From Candidatus Omnitrophota bacterium (GTDB lineage: Bacteria > Omnitrophota > Gorgyraeia > Zapsychrales > Fredricksoniimonadaceae): a stretch of 64,000 bases of DNA. The stretch spans positions 73,890-137,889 of the forward strand of contig JAUSEK010000011.1 of NCBI GenBank assembly GCA_030650275.1. Reading direction: 5' to 3'. Under the pieces are notes generated by a model. It was not told where the DNA came from. It saw only the letters and a list, made by a program, of their open reading frames with translations, and ran no database searches. The position numbers and the translations under genes are program-made. Of this stretch, positions 26,991 through 37,057 are shown piece after piece; within the stretch, counting starts at the first letter, position 1, and each line of letters opens with the position of its first letter.

Positions 26991-27961
26991 TGCGTAAGAT
27001 GTGTCTGGATGTGGTCCATGAGCTTGCGCGCCGGGACAAGCGCGTTTTTTTTATTGGATCAGATCTCGGGATCGGCACCCTGCAGAAATTCAAAGAGGAA
27101 ATGCCGGAGCGTTTTTTTATGGAAGGTATCAGCGAAGCCAACCTGATCGGCATGGCCGCGGGGCTGGCCATGGAAGGGAAAATCCCCTACGTCAATACGA
27201 TCGCGACCTTCATCACCCGACGGTGTTTCGAGCAAGTCGTCGTTGACCTGGGGTTACATAATCTGAATGTGCGCTTGCTGGGAAATGGCGGCGGGCTGGT
27301 GTATGCGCCCTTAGGCCCTACTCATGAGGCCATTGAAGATATCGCGATCATGCGCGCGATCCCGAACATGACGGTGATCGCGCCCGCGGATGCCAATGAA
27401 ATGCGCCGGGCCATGCTGCAATCTCTCGATCACAAAGGCCCGATGTATATCCGGATCGCCAAGGGCGGAGATCCCATTGTGACCACCGACAATATTCCTT
27501 TTAAGATCGGCAAGGCTTTGGTCATGCGTCACGGCCTGGACGCCCTCATCATCACAACCGGGATCACGTTAAATAACGGATTGGAAGCCGCCGGCCGCCT
27601 GGAACAGGAAGGGATAAAAGCCAGTGTTGTGCATGTGCCGACCATTAAGCCGCTCGATCACGAGGCCATTTTGCGTCATGCCAAAGAGGTTCCGGTGATC
27701 GTGACCATCGAGGAACACAGCATTCTGGGCGGACTGGGCGGGGCGGTAGCTGAAATTGTGAGCGAAGCGAACTTCCCGACCCCCAAAAAGTTTAAGCGTT
27801 TGGGCATCCCGGATGTGTTCGCTGAGCAGTACGGTTCACAAGCGGGCTTGATGAAAGGCTTCGGTATCACCACAGACAATATCGTAGTCACCATAAGGAA
27901 TTTATCAAAGACAAAAGCACCATCGGGAAAGCTAATTGAACCGCAACTCATAAAGGAGTAG
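26990..27961 (+). CDS. Transketolase-like ThDP enzyme, C-terminal subunit
   Basis: GISEANLIGMAAGLA, GPTHEAIED, GPMYIR, TIKPLD, IEEHSILGGLG. Confidence 0.9.
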   Translation: MRKMCLDVVHELARRDKRVFFIGSDLGIGTLQKFKEEMPERFFMEGISEANLIGMAAGLAMEGKIPYVNTIATFITRRCFEQVVVDLGLHNLNVRLLGNGGGLVYAPLGPTHEAIEDIAIMRAIPNMTVIAPADANEMRRAMLQSLDHKGPMYIRIAKGGDPIVTTDNIPFKIGKALVMRHGLDALIITTGITLNNGLEAAGRLEQEGIKASVVHVPTIKPLDHEAILRHAKEVPVIVTIEEHSILGGLGGAVAEIVSEANFPTPKKFKRLGIPDVFAEQYGSQAGLMKGFGITTDNIVVTIRNLSKTKAPSGKLIEPQLIKE

Positions 27962-27969
27962 AACCAGAC

Positions 27970-28635
27970 ATGGGAACATTCGTTGAGATCTTCACACCGC
28001 TGCATAAAAAAACCGCGAGAAAATACATCGATCGCATGGTGGATGATAAGGTCCATTGCATGATCAAAGCCAAAGAATATGAGGCGGATTATTGGGACGG
28101 CAATCGCCGCTACGGTTATGGCGGCTACAAATATGATGGACGATGGAAGCCCGTCGCCGAAAGCCTTATTCAGCATTACAATCTTAAAAGCAATGTCAAA
28201 ATTTTGGATGTCGGCTGCGGCAAGGCCCATCTTCTGTACGAATTAAAACAACTTTTGCCCAATGCCGAACTGCATGGGTTTGATGTTTCCCGGCATGGCA
28301 TCGCCGATGCCCCGGAGCCGATCCGTAAATCCCTGACCCTCCGCAAGGCACAGGATGTTCCTTATCCCTGGCCGGATCAATATTTTGATCTGGTCATTGC
28401 TTTAGGAAGCCTCCATAACCTGCGCGTGCCCGAGTTGGCGGTGGCGGTCCCCGAGATCGAGCGCGTCGGTAAAAATAAATTCATCATGGTGGAAAGTTAC
28501 CGCAATGAACAGGAGTTGTTCAATATGGAGTGCTGGGCGCTGACAGCCGAGGCCTTTTTTGACAACAAGGCCTGGATATGGCTGCTTGAACATTTTGGGT
28601 ACACCGGAGATTACGAATTTATTTATTTTGAATAA
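27970..28635 (+). CDS. Class I SAM-dependent methyltransferase
   Basis: YWDG.R..GYGGY.YDGRW, ILDVGCGK, FDLVI, LHNL. Confidence 0.85.
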   Translation: MGTFVEIFTPLHKKTARKYIDRMVDDKVHCMIKAKEYEADYWDGNRRYGYGGYKYDGRWKPVAESLIQHYNLKSNVKILDVGCGKAHLLYELKQLLPNAELHGFDVSRHGIADAPEPIRKSLTLRKAQDVPYPWPDQYFDLVIALGSLHNLRVPELAVAVPEIERVGKNKFIMVESYRNEQELFNMECWALTAEAFFDNKAWIWLLEHFGYTGDYEFIYFE

Positions 28636-28660
28636 ACCATTTTTAGGAATAGAGAAAATT

Positions 28661-29746
28661 ATGGAACAAGCACAAATGACATTAGAAAACACAAGCCTTC
28701 CTGTTAAAACGATGAAGGCCGCGATCTTAACCGAGTTGAACAAGCCCTTGGTTGTTGCCCAAATAGAGCTTCCTAAAACGCTCGCTTTTGGACAGGTCCT
28801 GGTCCGTGTCCATTACAGCGGGATCTGTGGAGCACAGTTTAATGAAATTCAAGGGGCCAAAGGCCCGGATAAATTTTTGCCGCATCTTTTGGGACATGAA
28901 GGTTCGGCGACCGTCCTGGCCGTTGGAGAGGGCGTTGTGCGCGTTAAACCCGACGACCACGTCGTCATGCATTGGCGTCAAAGTGACGGGATCCAATCCC
29001 CGACGCCGACTTATCATTGGAACGGACAAAAGGTCAATTCCGGCTGGGTGACGACCTTTAATGATCATGCCGTTGTTTCAGAGAACAGGCTGACGGTCAT
29101 ACCGAATGATTTTGACATGAAGATCGCCCCTTTGTTTGGCTGTGCCGTCACAACAGCCATGGGGGTCATTAACAATGATGCCCATGTTAAGATCGGTCAA
29201 TCGGTCGTCGTTTTTGGAGTTGGAGGGGTTGGTTTAAATATTATCCAATCCGCGCAAATGGTTTCAGCTAATCCCATCATCGCCGTTGACCTTTTTGATA
29301 AGAAATTAGACATGGCCAAACGTTTCGGGGCCACCCATGGGTTCAATTCAAAGGACAATAAAGATCATCTGGCCCAGATCCGAAAGATCGTTGGTGAAAA
29401 GGGGGCGGATGTCGTTATTGATACGACGGGCAGCGCGCGGGTGATCGAAACAGCGTATGAACTGACCCATCCGGACGGCAAAACGATCCTGGTCGGCGTT
29501 CCGCGCAAAGGGGACAATATTTCCATCTATTCTTTGCCGCTGCATTTTAAGAAAGTTTTAAAAGGATCGCATGGCGGAAGCGCACAGCCCAATCTGGAGA
29601 TCCCGCGTTATATCGATCTCATGAAAAAGGGCAAGATGACGCTCGAGGGCATCATCACGCATGAGTTTAAGTTGGAACAGATCAACGAAGCGCTGAATAC
29701 CATCCGAAGAGGCGAAACCGGACGCGTTGTCATTGCGATGGATTAA
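28661..29746 (+). CDS. Zinc-dependent (MDR) alcohol dehydrogenase
   Basis: GICG, LGHEG, FGCAVTT, FGVGGVG, VIDTTG; the four-Cys structural Zn lobe appears absent. Start uncertain. Confidence 0.85.
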   Translation: MEQAQMTLENTSLPVKTMKAAILTELNKPLVVAQIELPKTLAFGQVLVRVHYSGICGAQFNEIQGAKGPDKFLPHLLGHEGSATVLAVGEGVVRVKPDDHVVMHWRQSDGIQSPTPTYHWNGQKVNSGWVTTFNDHAVVSENRLTVIPNDFDMKIAPLFGCAVTTAMGVINNDAHVKIGQSVVVFGVGGVGLNIIQSAQMVSANPIIAVDLFDKKLDMAKRFGATHGFNSKDNKDHLAQIRKIVGEKGADVVIDTTGSARVIETAYELTHPDGKTILVGVPRKGDNISIYSLPLHFKKVLKGSHGGSAQPNLEIPRYIDLMKKGKMTLEGIITHEFKLEQINEALNTIRRGETGRVVIAMD

Positions 29747-29764
29747 AGGGAAAAAGATGATCTT

Positions 29765-30316
29765 ATGAATACCCCCGTCAATATAAGGATAGAAGGCGAA
29801 GGGATTTTTTTTGCAAAAGGCCCCATTGTGAGCATCGGGGACAGTGAGATCAATTTTCTCAAAGAAGCAGCGTTACGCAACAGCCGCAAAAGCGCCAGAT
29901 TGTGTATGCATAAAGACATCGCGGATGATGTTCATGAGATGTTCATTTTACATTCAAAAGAGACCTATGTTCGGCCTCACAAGCATCCAGGCAAAGACCT
30001 GTCCTATCATATTATTGAGGGCATTGCCGACATGGTTTTGTTTGACGAGCAAGGGGAAATCACCGATGTCATTCCCATGGGCGAATATGGGACCGGGCGC
30101 AAATTTTATTATCGCCTTAATGAGGCGGCTTACTATGCTCCATTTGTGCGTTCGGATCTTTTATTATTCCATGAGACCATCAAGGGTCCATTTCAGCGCT
30201 CCGGCACCATTTATGCCCCATGGGCCGCTGAGGGAGATGACCCGGCTGAGGTCGATCAATTTCAGCAGGGATTAGCATCAAGGATCAGCAAATTCAGAAA
30301 GCCAGGCATGTCATGA
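29765..30316 (+). CDS. WbuC-family cupin-fold metalloprotein
   Basis: NSRKSARLCMH, VHEMFI, YVRPHKH, FHETIKGPF, APWA. Confidence 0.8.
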   Translation: MNTPVNIRIEGEGIFFAKGPIVSIGDSEINFLKEAALRNSRKSARLCMHKDIADDVHEMFILHSKETYVRPHKHPGKDLSYHIIEGIADMVLFDEQGEITDVIPMGEYGTGRKFYYRLNEAAYYAPFVRSDLLLFHETIKGPFQRSGTIYAPWAAEGDDPAEVDQFQQGLASRISKFRKPGMS

Positions 30317-31563
30317 AGAACACGACACAGGCCGTCTACAGAAGAACGGATTGCCGGCTCTGCGGGAAAACCAGCCCGGAGACCGTTTTGTCCCTTGAGC
30401 CGATACCCATTGCCGGTGATTATGTTTCCCGGCAAGAGTTGGACATGGCCCAGGACAGATACACCATGGATCTTGCCTTATGCCGTCACTGTGGGAACGT
30501 ATTCTTGCTGGACGTCGTCGACCCGGAGATTTTATACAAAAATTTTAAATACACCTCATCAAGCTCTCCGGATTTAGGCGGGCATTTTAGAGGATACGCC
30601 GAGTATGTCTTGAAGAATTTTCCCATGCCCCAAGGGGCTTTTATTGTTGATGTCGGCAGCAATGACGGCCTGTTCCTTAGAGAATTTCAAAAGAGGGGAT
30701 TGCGGGTCTTGGGCGTCGATCCGGCGAGGGACATTGCCAGAAAAGCGACGGAATCGGGGATCGAGACCCTGGGCGCGTATTACGATATTGAACTTGCCCG
30801 GCAGACCAGGAATGAACGCGCAGCGGCCAATATCATTACCGCCAACATGGTCATGGCCAACGTCGACAATATGGCCATTTTTATTCAGAGTATCCGTGAA
30901 TTATTGGCCGATGACGGCATTTTTATATTTGAAACGGGTTATCTGCTCAAGTTGGTTGAAAATATGGTTTTTGATAATATTTATCATGAACATTTGTCTT
31001 ATTTTTCAGTTAAAGCGCTGGATCTGTTTTTCAAAAATAATGGGATGGAATTGCTGGACATCAATGTTGTGGCCACTAAGGGCGGGTCCTTGCGCGGCGT
31101 GGTGCAGCTGCAGGGCGGGCCCCGCAAAAGGCTGGCCTCCGTGGATAAAATGATACGGTTGGAAAAAGAGTTCGGCTTGGACCGCCCAGAAATCTTTTCA
31201 AACCTGAAAAGGCGGATCGACGCCGAGAAAGAGAAATTGTTGACCCTGATCGGGGACCTAAAGAGGAACAATAAGAAAATCGCGGGGTATGGGGCGTCCC
31301 ATAGCGTGACGACATTCCTTTATTATTTCGGCCTCGGAGATCAATTGGAATGTTTATTTGATGACAATGCGGCGAAATTCAACACGTTCAGCCCGGGCCA
31401 CCATATTCCCATCCTGTCATCCGAGGAAATTGATCAGCGAAAGTCCGATCATATTATTATCTTGGCCTGGCGTTTTCATGAAATGATCGTCAACAAACAC
31501 CGCTTGTACTTGGAAAAAGGAGGGCATTTTATTGTGCCCTTGCCTCAAATGAGAGTTATATGA
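30313..31563 (+). CDS. NDP-sugar C-methyltransferase (Zn-binding, TylCIII/EryBIII-like)
   Basis: CRLC...CRHC, DVGSNDG, GVDPA, FDNIYHEHLSYF, GGSLR, GYGA, ILAW, FIVPLP. Confidence 0.88.
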   Translation: MKNTTQAVYRRTDCRLCGKTSPETVLSLEPIPIAGDYVSRQELDMAQDRYTMDLALCRHCGNVFLLDVVDPEILYKNFKYTSSSSPDLGGHFRGYAEYVLKNFPMPQGAFIVDVGSNDGLFLREFQKRGLRVLGVDPARDIARKATESGIETLGAYYDIELARQTRNERAAANIITANMVMANVDNMAIFIQSIRELLADDGIFIFETGYLLKLVENMVFDNIYHEHLSYFSVKALDLFFKNNGMELLDINVVATKGGSLRGVVQLQGGPRKRLASVDKMIRLEKEFGLDRPEIFSNLKRRIDAEKEKLLTLIGDLKRNNKKIAGYGASHSVTTFLYYFGLGDQLECLFDDNAAKFNTFSPGHHIPILSSEEIDQRKSDHIIILAWRFHEMIVNKHRLYLEKGGHFIVPLPQMRVI

Positions 31564-32348
31564 AGAAAGAACATGTGCTTGTCATCGGCGGGAGCAAGGG
31601 CATAGGCCGGACGGTCGTGCAAACGATGGCCCAAAGGGGTTATCTGGTGTCTGTGATCAGCAGAAAACAGCCACAAGAAAAGACCGAAAAAGTCCATTAT
31701 TGGGACGCGGACATAACGAAGCCCGGCCGTTTCCTAAAAGTTTTCAATGAGATCATCCGCCGGCAGGGCCAATTGAATCATCTTGTTTTTTGTCAGCAGT
31801 TTAGGGGCGTCGGCGATGATTGGGCCGGGCAGATCGAGACGAGTTTGACCGCGGTCAAGCACGTGATCGAATCAGCCGTCGATCATTTTGAGAATGTCAA
31901 AGGAAGAAACACGATCATTGTGGTCACCTCCATCGCCGGCCGCCTGATCGCGGCCGAGCAGCCCGTGGGATACCACGTGGCCAAAGCGGGCCTGGAGCAA
32001 ATGACGCGTTACTATGCCCTGGCCCTGGGAGCTAAAGGGATCAGGGTCAATGCCATTGCGCCCAACATGGTCCTTAAGGAAGAAAACAAAGATTTTTATC
32101 TTAGAAACAAAAAAATTTACGACCTTTATAGAAAAATATCGCCGTTGGGAAGAATGGTGGCTTCTGATGACGTGGCCCACACGGTAGCGTTTTTCTGTAG
32201 TTCCCAGTCGGCCGGAATCACCGGGCAAATTCTGGTCATTGATGGGGGCGTCTCATTGCAAGAACACGCGGCCCTGGCGCGCGCGTTGATGTCTTTGGAC
32301 GGCACACAGATCACACAAAAGAACCGTCAACAAAAGAAATTTTCTTAG
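31560..32348 (+). CDS. Short-chain dehydrogenase/reductase
   Basis: GGSKGIG, YHVAK, GIRVNAIAP, PLGR, ITGQILVIDGG. Confidence 0.88.
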   Translation: MKKEHVLVIGGSKGIGRTVVQTMAQRGYLVSVISRKQPQEKTEKVHYWDADITKPGRFLKVFNEIIRRQGQLNHLVFCQQFRGVGDDWAGQIETSLTAVKHVIESAVDHFENVKGRNTIIVVTSIAGRLIAAEQPVGYHVAKAGLEQMTRYYALALGAKGIRVNAIAPNMVLKEENKDFYLRNKKIYDLYRKISPLGRMVASDDVAHTVAFFCSSQSAGITGQILVIDGGVSLQEHAALARALMSLDGTQITQKNRQQKKFS

Positions 32349-32358
32349 GAGATCGATC

Positions 32359-33984
32359 ATGAATGTTTTGGGGATCCACTGTGCGTTCTCTCATTTGAAC
32401 CATGATCCAAGCGCGGCCTTGATCTGCGATGGGAAGTTAATAGCCTTGGGTGAAGAAGAGCGCTTTACAAGGATCAAAGGGGCCAGAGGATTACTCCCTT
32501 TTTTCAGCATCCGGTTCTGCCTGAAACAGGCCGGATTAAAGATGGAAGATATTGATCTGGTTGTTTCGACCGGAGAAACGATCAAGGAACAATTGGACAA
32601 TAATGTGAAGTTGTTTTTCAAGCATTATTTCGGAGTGGTCCCGCCCATTCAATACATTAACCATCAGTTCTCTCACCTGGCTTCCGCCTTTTTTTATTCT
32701 GGATTCGATCGGTCCATGTGCATCTCTTATGACGGCCGGGGAGATGATTTGAGCGGAATGCTTGCGGTGGGTTCTTCCAAGGGGATCAAAGTATTGGAAA
32801 AGATGCCGATCAAGGATTCCGTGGGGCTTTTTTATTGCGCCGTAACTCAATTTTTGGGGTTTCGGCAAGCCCAAGATGAATACAAGGTGATGGGGCTGGC
32901 TTCCTTTGGAAAAGAAGGGGAAGATATCAGTTCTCTCGTGAGAATTTCCGATGATGGTTATTCTGTCCGTCAGGAGAATTTTGGCCACCCGTTCCCGATC
33001 AGAACTTTGGACGAGCCGATCTATAATGAAAACCTTATTCGCGCGCTGGGAACCCCCCGCCGTTTCGGTGAGCCCATCACGGACAGGCATAGAAATCTTG
33101 CTTTTGCCGTTCAAAGATCCTTGGAAGAATGCGTCGTGCGCCTTGTTAAACGGCTGCATGCCAAGACAGGATTGGATTCCTTATGCATTGCCGGCGGAGT
33201 TGGATTGAATTGCTCGGCTAACCGGATCATTCATCAATTGCCGTTTATCAAGCGGTTATTCGTGCAGCCGGCCGCTTCGGACAGGGGGTTATGTTTAGGC
33301 AATGCCTTGGTAGGCGCTTATGAAAATGGCGAGAAGATAGAATTGCCGGGACATGTGTTTTTTGGCCCTAGCTATACCAATGGGCAATTGTTAAGCGCCC
33401 TTAAGTTAACGGGGCAGGACTATATTGAGCTTCCGGACCCGGGGACAAAGGCCGCGGAAATGTTGGCTGAAGGTAAGATCATCGGATGGTTTCAGGGCCG
33501 GTCTGAATTTGGTCCGCGGGCGTTGGGTAACCGTTCTATTTTGGCTGATCCCCGCTCGATCAAGATGAAAGATGAGATCAATGCCCGAATTAAGTTTCGC
33601 GAAGAGTTTCGTCCTTTCGCGCCGGCGGTGCTGGAGGAGCGGGCTTCGGAGGTCTTCGAGATGGATCAACCATCCCCCTACATGACGGTTACTTTTACGG
33701 TGCGCCCCCACTGGGTAGAGAAGCTGCAGGCCGTCACCCATGTCGACAAGACGGCCAGGGTACAGACGGTGAGTAAGGAAACGAACCCGTTATTCCACGG
33801 TTTGATCGCGGCTTTTGGCCGCTTGACCGGAGTTCCCGTGGTATTAAATACCAGCTTTAACGCCCGGGGAGAGCCCATTGTGGAGACTCCATTGGATGCC
33901 CTGGCGACTTTTTCATCCGTCGGGATGGATGCTCTTTTTCTGGGGCCATACCTGATCACGAAGCCAAAACCACCCAGGCGGTAG
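32359..33984 (+). CDS. O-carbamoyltransferase (NodU/CmcH family)
   Basis: HDPSAAL, EEERFTRIK, HQFSH, DEYKVMGLA, AGGVGLNC, GRSEFGPRALGNRS, KFREEFRPFAP, LNTSFN. Confidence 0.93.
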   Translation: MNVLGIHCAFSHLNHDPSAALICDGKLIALGEEERFTRIKGARGLLPFFSIRFCLKQAGLKMEDIDLVVSTGETIKEQLDNNVKLFFKHYFGVVPPIQYINHQFSHLASAFFYSGFDRSMCISYDGRGDDLSGMLAVGSSKGIKVLEKMPIKDSVGLFYCAVTQFLGFRQAQDEYKVMGLASFGKEGEDISSLVRISDDGYSVRQENFGHPFPIRTLDEPIYNENLIRALGTPRRFGEPITDRHRNLAFAVQRSLEECVVRLVKRLHAKTGLDSLCIAGGVGLNCSANRIIHQLPFIKRLFVQPAASDRGLCLGNALVGAYENGEKIELPGHVFFGPSYTNGQLLSALKLTGQDYIELPDPGTKAAEMLAEGKIIGWFQGRSEFGPRALGNRSILADPRSIKMKDEINARIKFREEFRPFAPAVLEERASEVFEMDQPSPYMTVTFTVRPHWVEKLQAVTHVDKTARVQTVSKETNPLFHGLIAAFGRLTGVPVVLNTSFNARGEPIVETPLDALATFSSVGMDALFLGPYLITKPKPPRR

Positions 33985-33991
33985 AAAAAAA

Positions 33992-35209
33992 ATGAAAGAT
34001 ATCGGTCAGGGGCCAATAAGGAAGTTATATCAGTGTCTTTTGGTCCCTCCGGCTGTCCTGATCGCCATAGGTATACGGATATTGCGGCCATTGATCGTTG
34101 TGCGATGGGGAAGGATCGACATCGCAAGGATAGGCGGAATATACCGGGCGGATTGGTACCTGTCTTTGTATCATGGCCGCATGTGCAGGGATAAATACTT
34201 TGATATTTTTTACTTCGATTGGTCCGGGGTCGTCGGCAACAGCCAATGGTGGGCGATGTGGAAGCGAGTTTTGCGTATTTTTCCATTCGGAGGATTGGCA
34301 AAACTCGTCGGGAGGATATCATGCATATTGCCAGGGGATAAGCTTTACATTGTTCCGGTGATGGATGCCACTCCATCAACGATCAGCGAGCATCAAGATA
34401 TTCTTAAGCGCATCCTTGAACATAAAGAACCTAATGTTGCTTTTACTCCGCAAGAAGAGCATTTTGGCCATCAAGAGATTCGGGGGTTAGGCATACCAGA
34501 AAAGGCCCCCTTTGTCTGTTTTCATGCCCGCGACGCGGCATATCTGGACGCCGTATATCCTGATAGAAGTTGGGGTTATCACGATTATAGAGATTCCAAT
34601 ATTTTTAATTATCTTCCTGCGGTCGAAGGACTTGCCCGGCGAGGTTACCATGCGGTTAGAATGGGCAGCACGGTGAAGGACAGGTTGCCCGCGTCGAACG
34701 CGGCCATTATCGATTACGCCGCCAATGGAAGCCGAACAGATTTTTTGGATGTTTATTTAGGAGCTAAGTGTCATTCTTTTTTATGCTCCGATACCGGGAT
34801 GTCTATTATCCCGGAGGCCTTTAAGCGTCCTGTTGTTTACGTGAATTGGGTCCCGATCCAGCGGATATCGATCTGGGTTTCAAACGGGATATTCATCTTC
34901 AAAAAATTCTACTCTGTGAGCAAAAAGCGTTGCTTAACGTTTAGTGAAATAATTCAGTCCGGCCTGGGGAACTGTTGGGATGGCAGAGATTTTGAAAAGA
35001 ATGAAATAGAATTAAGAGAGAATAGCCCGGAAGAGATCATGGCGCCGGTCTTTGAAATGGAGGATCGTCTTAAGGGCAAGTGGAAGGCTGGGCCTGAAGA
35101 CGAAGAGCTGCAGAGGCGTTTTTGGGCATGTTTAGGGTGGGATAATCTAAATCCTAACGTAAGGATCGGGGCCGAATTTTTGCGTCAAAATCAGGATCTC
35201 TTGAACTGA
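33992..35209 (+). CDS. TIGR04372-like putative glycosyltransferase
   Basis: RIG, FVCFHARD..Y, HDYRDSNI..Y, AVRMG, IIDYA, ENSPEEI. Confidence 0.75.
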   Translation: MKDIGQGPIRKLYQCLLVPPAVLIAIGIRILRPLIVVRWGRIDIARIGGIYRADWYLSLYHGRMCRDKYFDIFYFDWSGVVGNSQWWAMWKRVLRIFPFGGLAKLVGRISCILPGDKLYIVPVMDATPSTISEHQDILKRILEHKEPNVAFTPQEEHFGHQEIRGLGIPEKAPFVCFHARDAAYLDAVYPDRSWGYHDYRDSNIFNYLPAVEGLARRGYHAVRMGSTVKDRLPASNAAIIDYAANGSRTDFLDVYLGAKCHSFLCSDTGMSIIPEAFKRPVVYVNWVPIQRISIWVSNGIFIFKKFYSVSKKRCLTFSEIIQSGLGNCWDGRDFEKNEIELRENSPEEIMAPVFEMEDRLKGKWKAGPEDEELQRRFWACLGWDNLNPNVRIGAEFLRQNQDLLN

Positions 35210-35218
35210 TTTTATTAC

Positions 35219-35247
35219 TTGCCTTACTCGGAAATATGCAATAAACT
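35219..35247 (+). promoter_or_regulatory. Putative internal sigma70 promoter
   Basis: TTGCCT (35219-35224), 17 bp, TAAACT (35242-35247), overlapping TATAAT (35247-35252) in an AT-rich gap; RBS GGGAGG before ATG 35287. Confidence 0.45.
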
Positions 35248-35286
35248 ATAATTTGGTAATCCTTTAATCCTCTCAGGGAGGTCGGT

Positions 35287-37023
35287 ATGAAGATTTTAGT
35301 TGTCGTCCCCAAGTATGAACCAGATATTGAAAAAACAGGAGCGCCGTATTTCTTACCATTAGGGCTCATGTATGTTTCATCCTATTTGAAACAAAAGGGT
35401 TTTGATGTCCAGAATTTGAATCTTAACCATTATACAGATAATAAATTGCGGACGGTCCTTCAAGAGCAACCGTTCGACGCGATTTGTACGGGAGGTTTGT
35501 TTACGGAAATCAAACCTATTATGACCGTGATCCAGACAACGCGTGATGTGCGGCCCCATGCAAAAATAATTCTGGGAGGCGCTTTGGCCAGCGGGGACCC
35601 TGAATTTGCTTTGGAAAAAGTTGGCCCGGATTTTTTGGTATTAGGAGAGGGAGAGGCAACGTTGGCGCATCTTCTGGGTACCCTTAGAGATGGTTTGGAT
35701 TTAAAAGAGGTTAAGGGGATCGCCTATTTGAAAGATGGCACTATGTTCAAAACGTGCGGCCGGGAACTGATCTCGGATCTGGATAGTCACCCCTGGCCTG
35801 ATTATGAAGGTTTTGAATACAGGCATCACCTTGATCATCATTATGAAAAGGATTCATGTTTTGAAACGGTGATGGATCCTGCAAAACGGCGTATCGCCAA
35901 CATCATTACGAGTAGAAATTGTGTGGCCAAATGCACTTTTTGCTATCGGTTGATGACGGGCGGCCATCGGGTTCGCACCATTGAGAACGTTATGAAAGAA
36001 GTCAAGTTTTTGATGGATGAATACGGTGTTAATGAAATCAATTTGATCGACGAGATGTTTGCCAATGACAAACAACGTATTTACGATTTTTGTGAAGGGA
36101 TCAAACCGCTCAATGTCCGTTGGCAATGCCAGTTGAGATGCGGCGTTATTGATGAAAATGTGTTAGCGGCAATGAAAGACGCCGGTTGTCGTTATATCAG
36201 TTATGGATTTGAAAGCGCCAGTAAAGAGGTTTTAAAAAGTATGAAAAAAGGGCTTCACCCGACACAAATTGACAATGTTATCCGTTGGACATTAAAAGCA
36301 GGCATCACGATCCAAGGGAATTACATATTCGGGGACCCGGCCGAGACTTTAGGGACGATGGAAGAGACCCTTCGTTTCAGGCGGAGATTCCCGGCGCTTA
36401 ATTTGGGGATGTTTATGATCATCCCCTATCCCGGGACAGTCCTTTACCACGATTTAAAGGCAAAGGGAAGGTTTGAAAACCTGTATGATTTTTACATTAA
36501 CCCAAGTTCGGTGTTTCAGGGCAGACCCTTGAATATGACTAAATTGTCCGAAGACGATTTTGATTATATGTGTAAGAAGGTTTGGCATGAGGGAATTGTC
36601 TCGGTTGCTTATACAAAGATCCTCGGATCCAAACATCTTGATAAAATGACTTCATTGGTCAGTTATAAATGTCCCCATTGCTTAGAAATGCATAAAGACA
36701 TACCGATAACATTTTCTGGCAATGATGCGGAAACCCGTTTCTGTAAAAAATGTCTTCAGAGAGTGCATATAAAGAAATCATCCGTGTATTTTGATCTATA
36801 TGCCAAACTTCGCGAGTTTTATCACTACGCCATAGTCACCCCGGTCCTTATTCATCCAAAAGTTTATAAGACATGTAATCCTTTAATCAATCTTTTTAAA
36901 GGAACCGGAAAGATCGGGAAATTGATCAAACTATGCTTAAAGACAAGCAGACCTAAGGTGGTCCCTAAATTTCAAACTACGGCTTTAGAATTGCAAGGAG
37001 AGCTGGTGGCGTCTAAGGCATGA
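35287..37023 (+). CDS. Cobalamin-binding radical SAM enzyme (class B methyltransferase-like)
   Basis: N-terminal PLGLMYVSSYLK/ILGG/GEGE B12 domain; TSRNCVAKCTFC; IDEMF; GFES; PYPGT; C-terminal CPHC...CKKC. Confidence 0.88.
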   Translation: MKILVVVPKYEPDIEKTGAPYFLPLGLMYVSSYLKQKGFDVQNLNLNHYTDNKLRTVLQEQPFDAICTGGLFTEIKPIMTVIQTTRDVRPHAKIILGGALASGDPEFALEKVGPDFLVLGEGEATLAHLLGTLRDGLDLKEVKGIAYLKDGTMFKTCGRELISDLDSHPWPDYEGFEYRHHLDHHYEKDSCFETVMDPAKRRIANIITSRNCVAKCTFCYRLMTGGHRVRTIENVMKEVKFLMDEYGVNEINLIDEMFANDKQRIYDFCEGIKPLNVRWQCQLRCGVIDENVLAAMKDAGCRYISYGFESASKEVLKSMKKGLHPTQIDNVIRWTLKAGITIQGNYIFGDPAETLGTMEETLRFRRRFPALNLGMFMIIPYPGTVLYHDLKAKGRFENLYDFYINPSSVFQGRPLNMTKLSEDDFDYMCKKVWHEGIVSVAYTKILGSKHLDKMTSLVSYKCPHCLEMHKDIPITFSGNDAETRFCKKCLQRVHIKKSSVYFDLYAKLREFYHYAIVTPVLIHPKVYKTCNPLINLFKGTGKIGKLIKLCLKTSRPKVVPKFQTTALELQGELVASKA

Positions 37024-37057
37024 TCCTGATGTGATTCCTTTTGGCGCCAAACGGACT

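Noticed and set aside
27742-33984. ops-like GGCGGTAG at 27742 and 33977
   Set aside because: Both are inside coding sequence, lack the downstream TG of the ops consensus and are not in a leader region.
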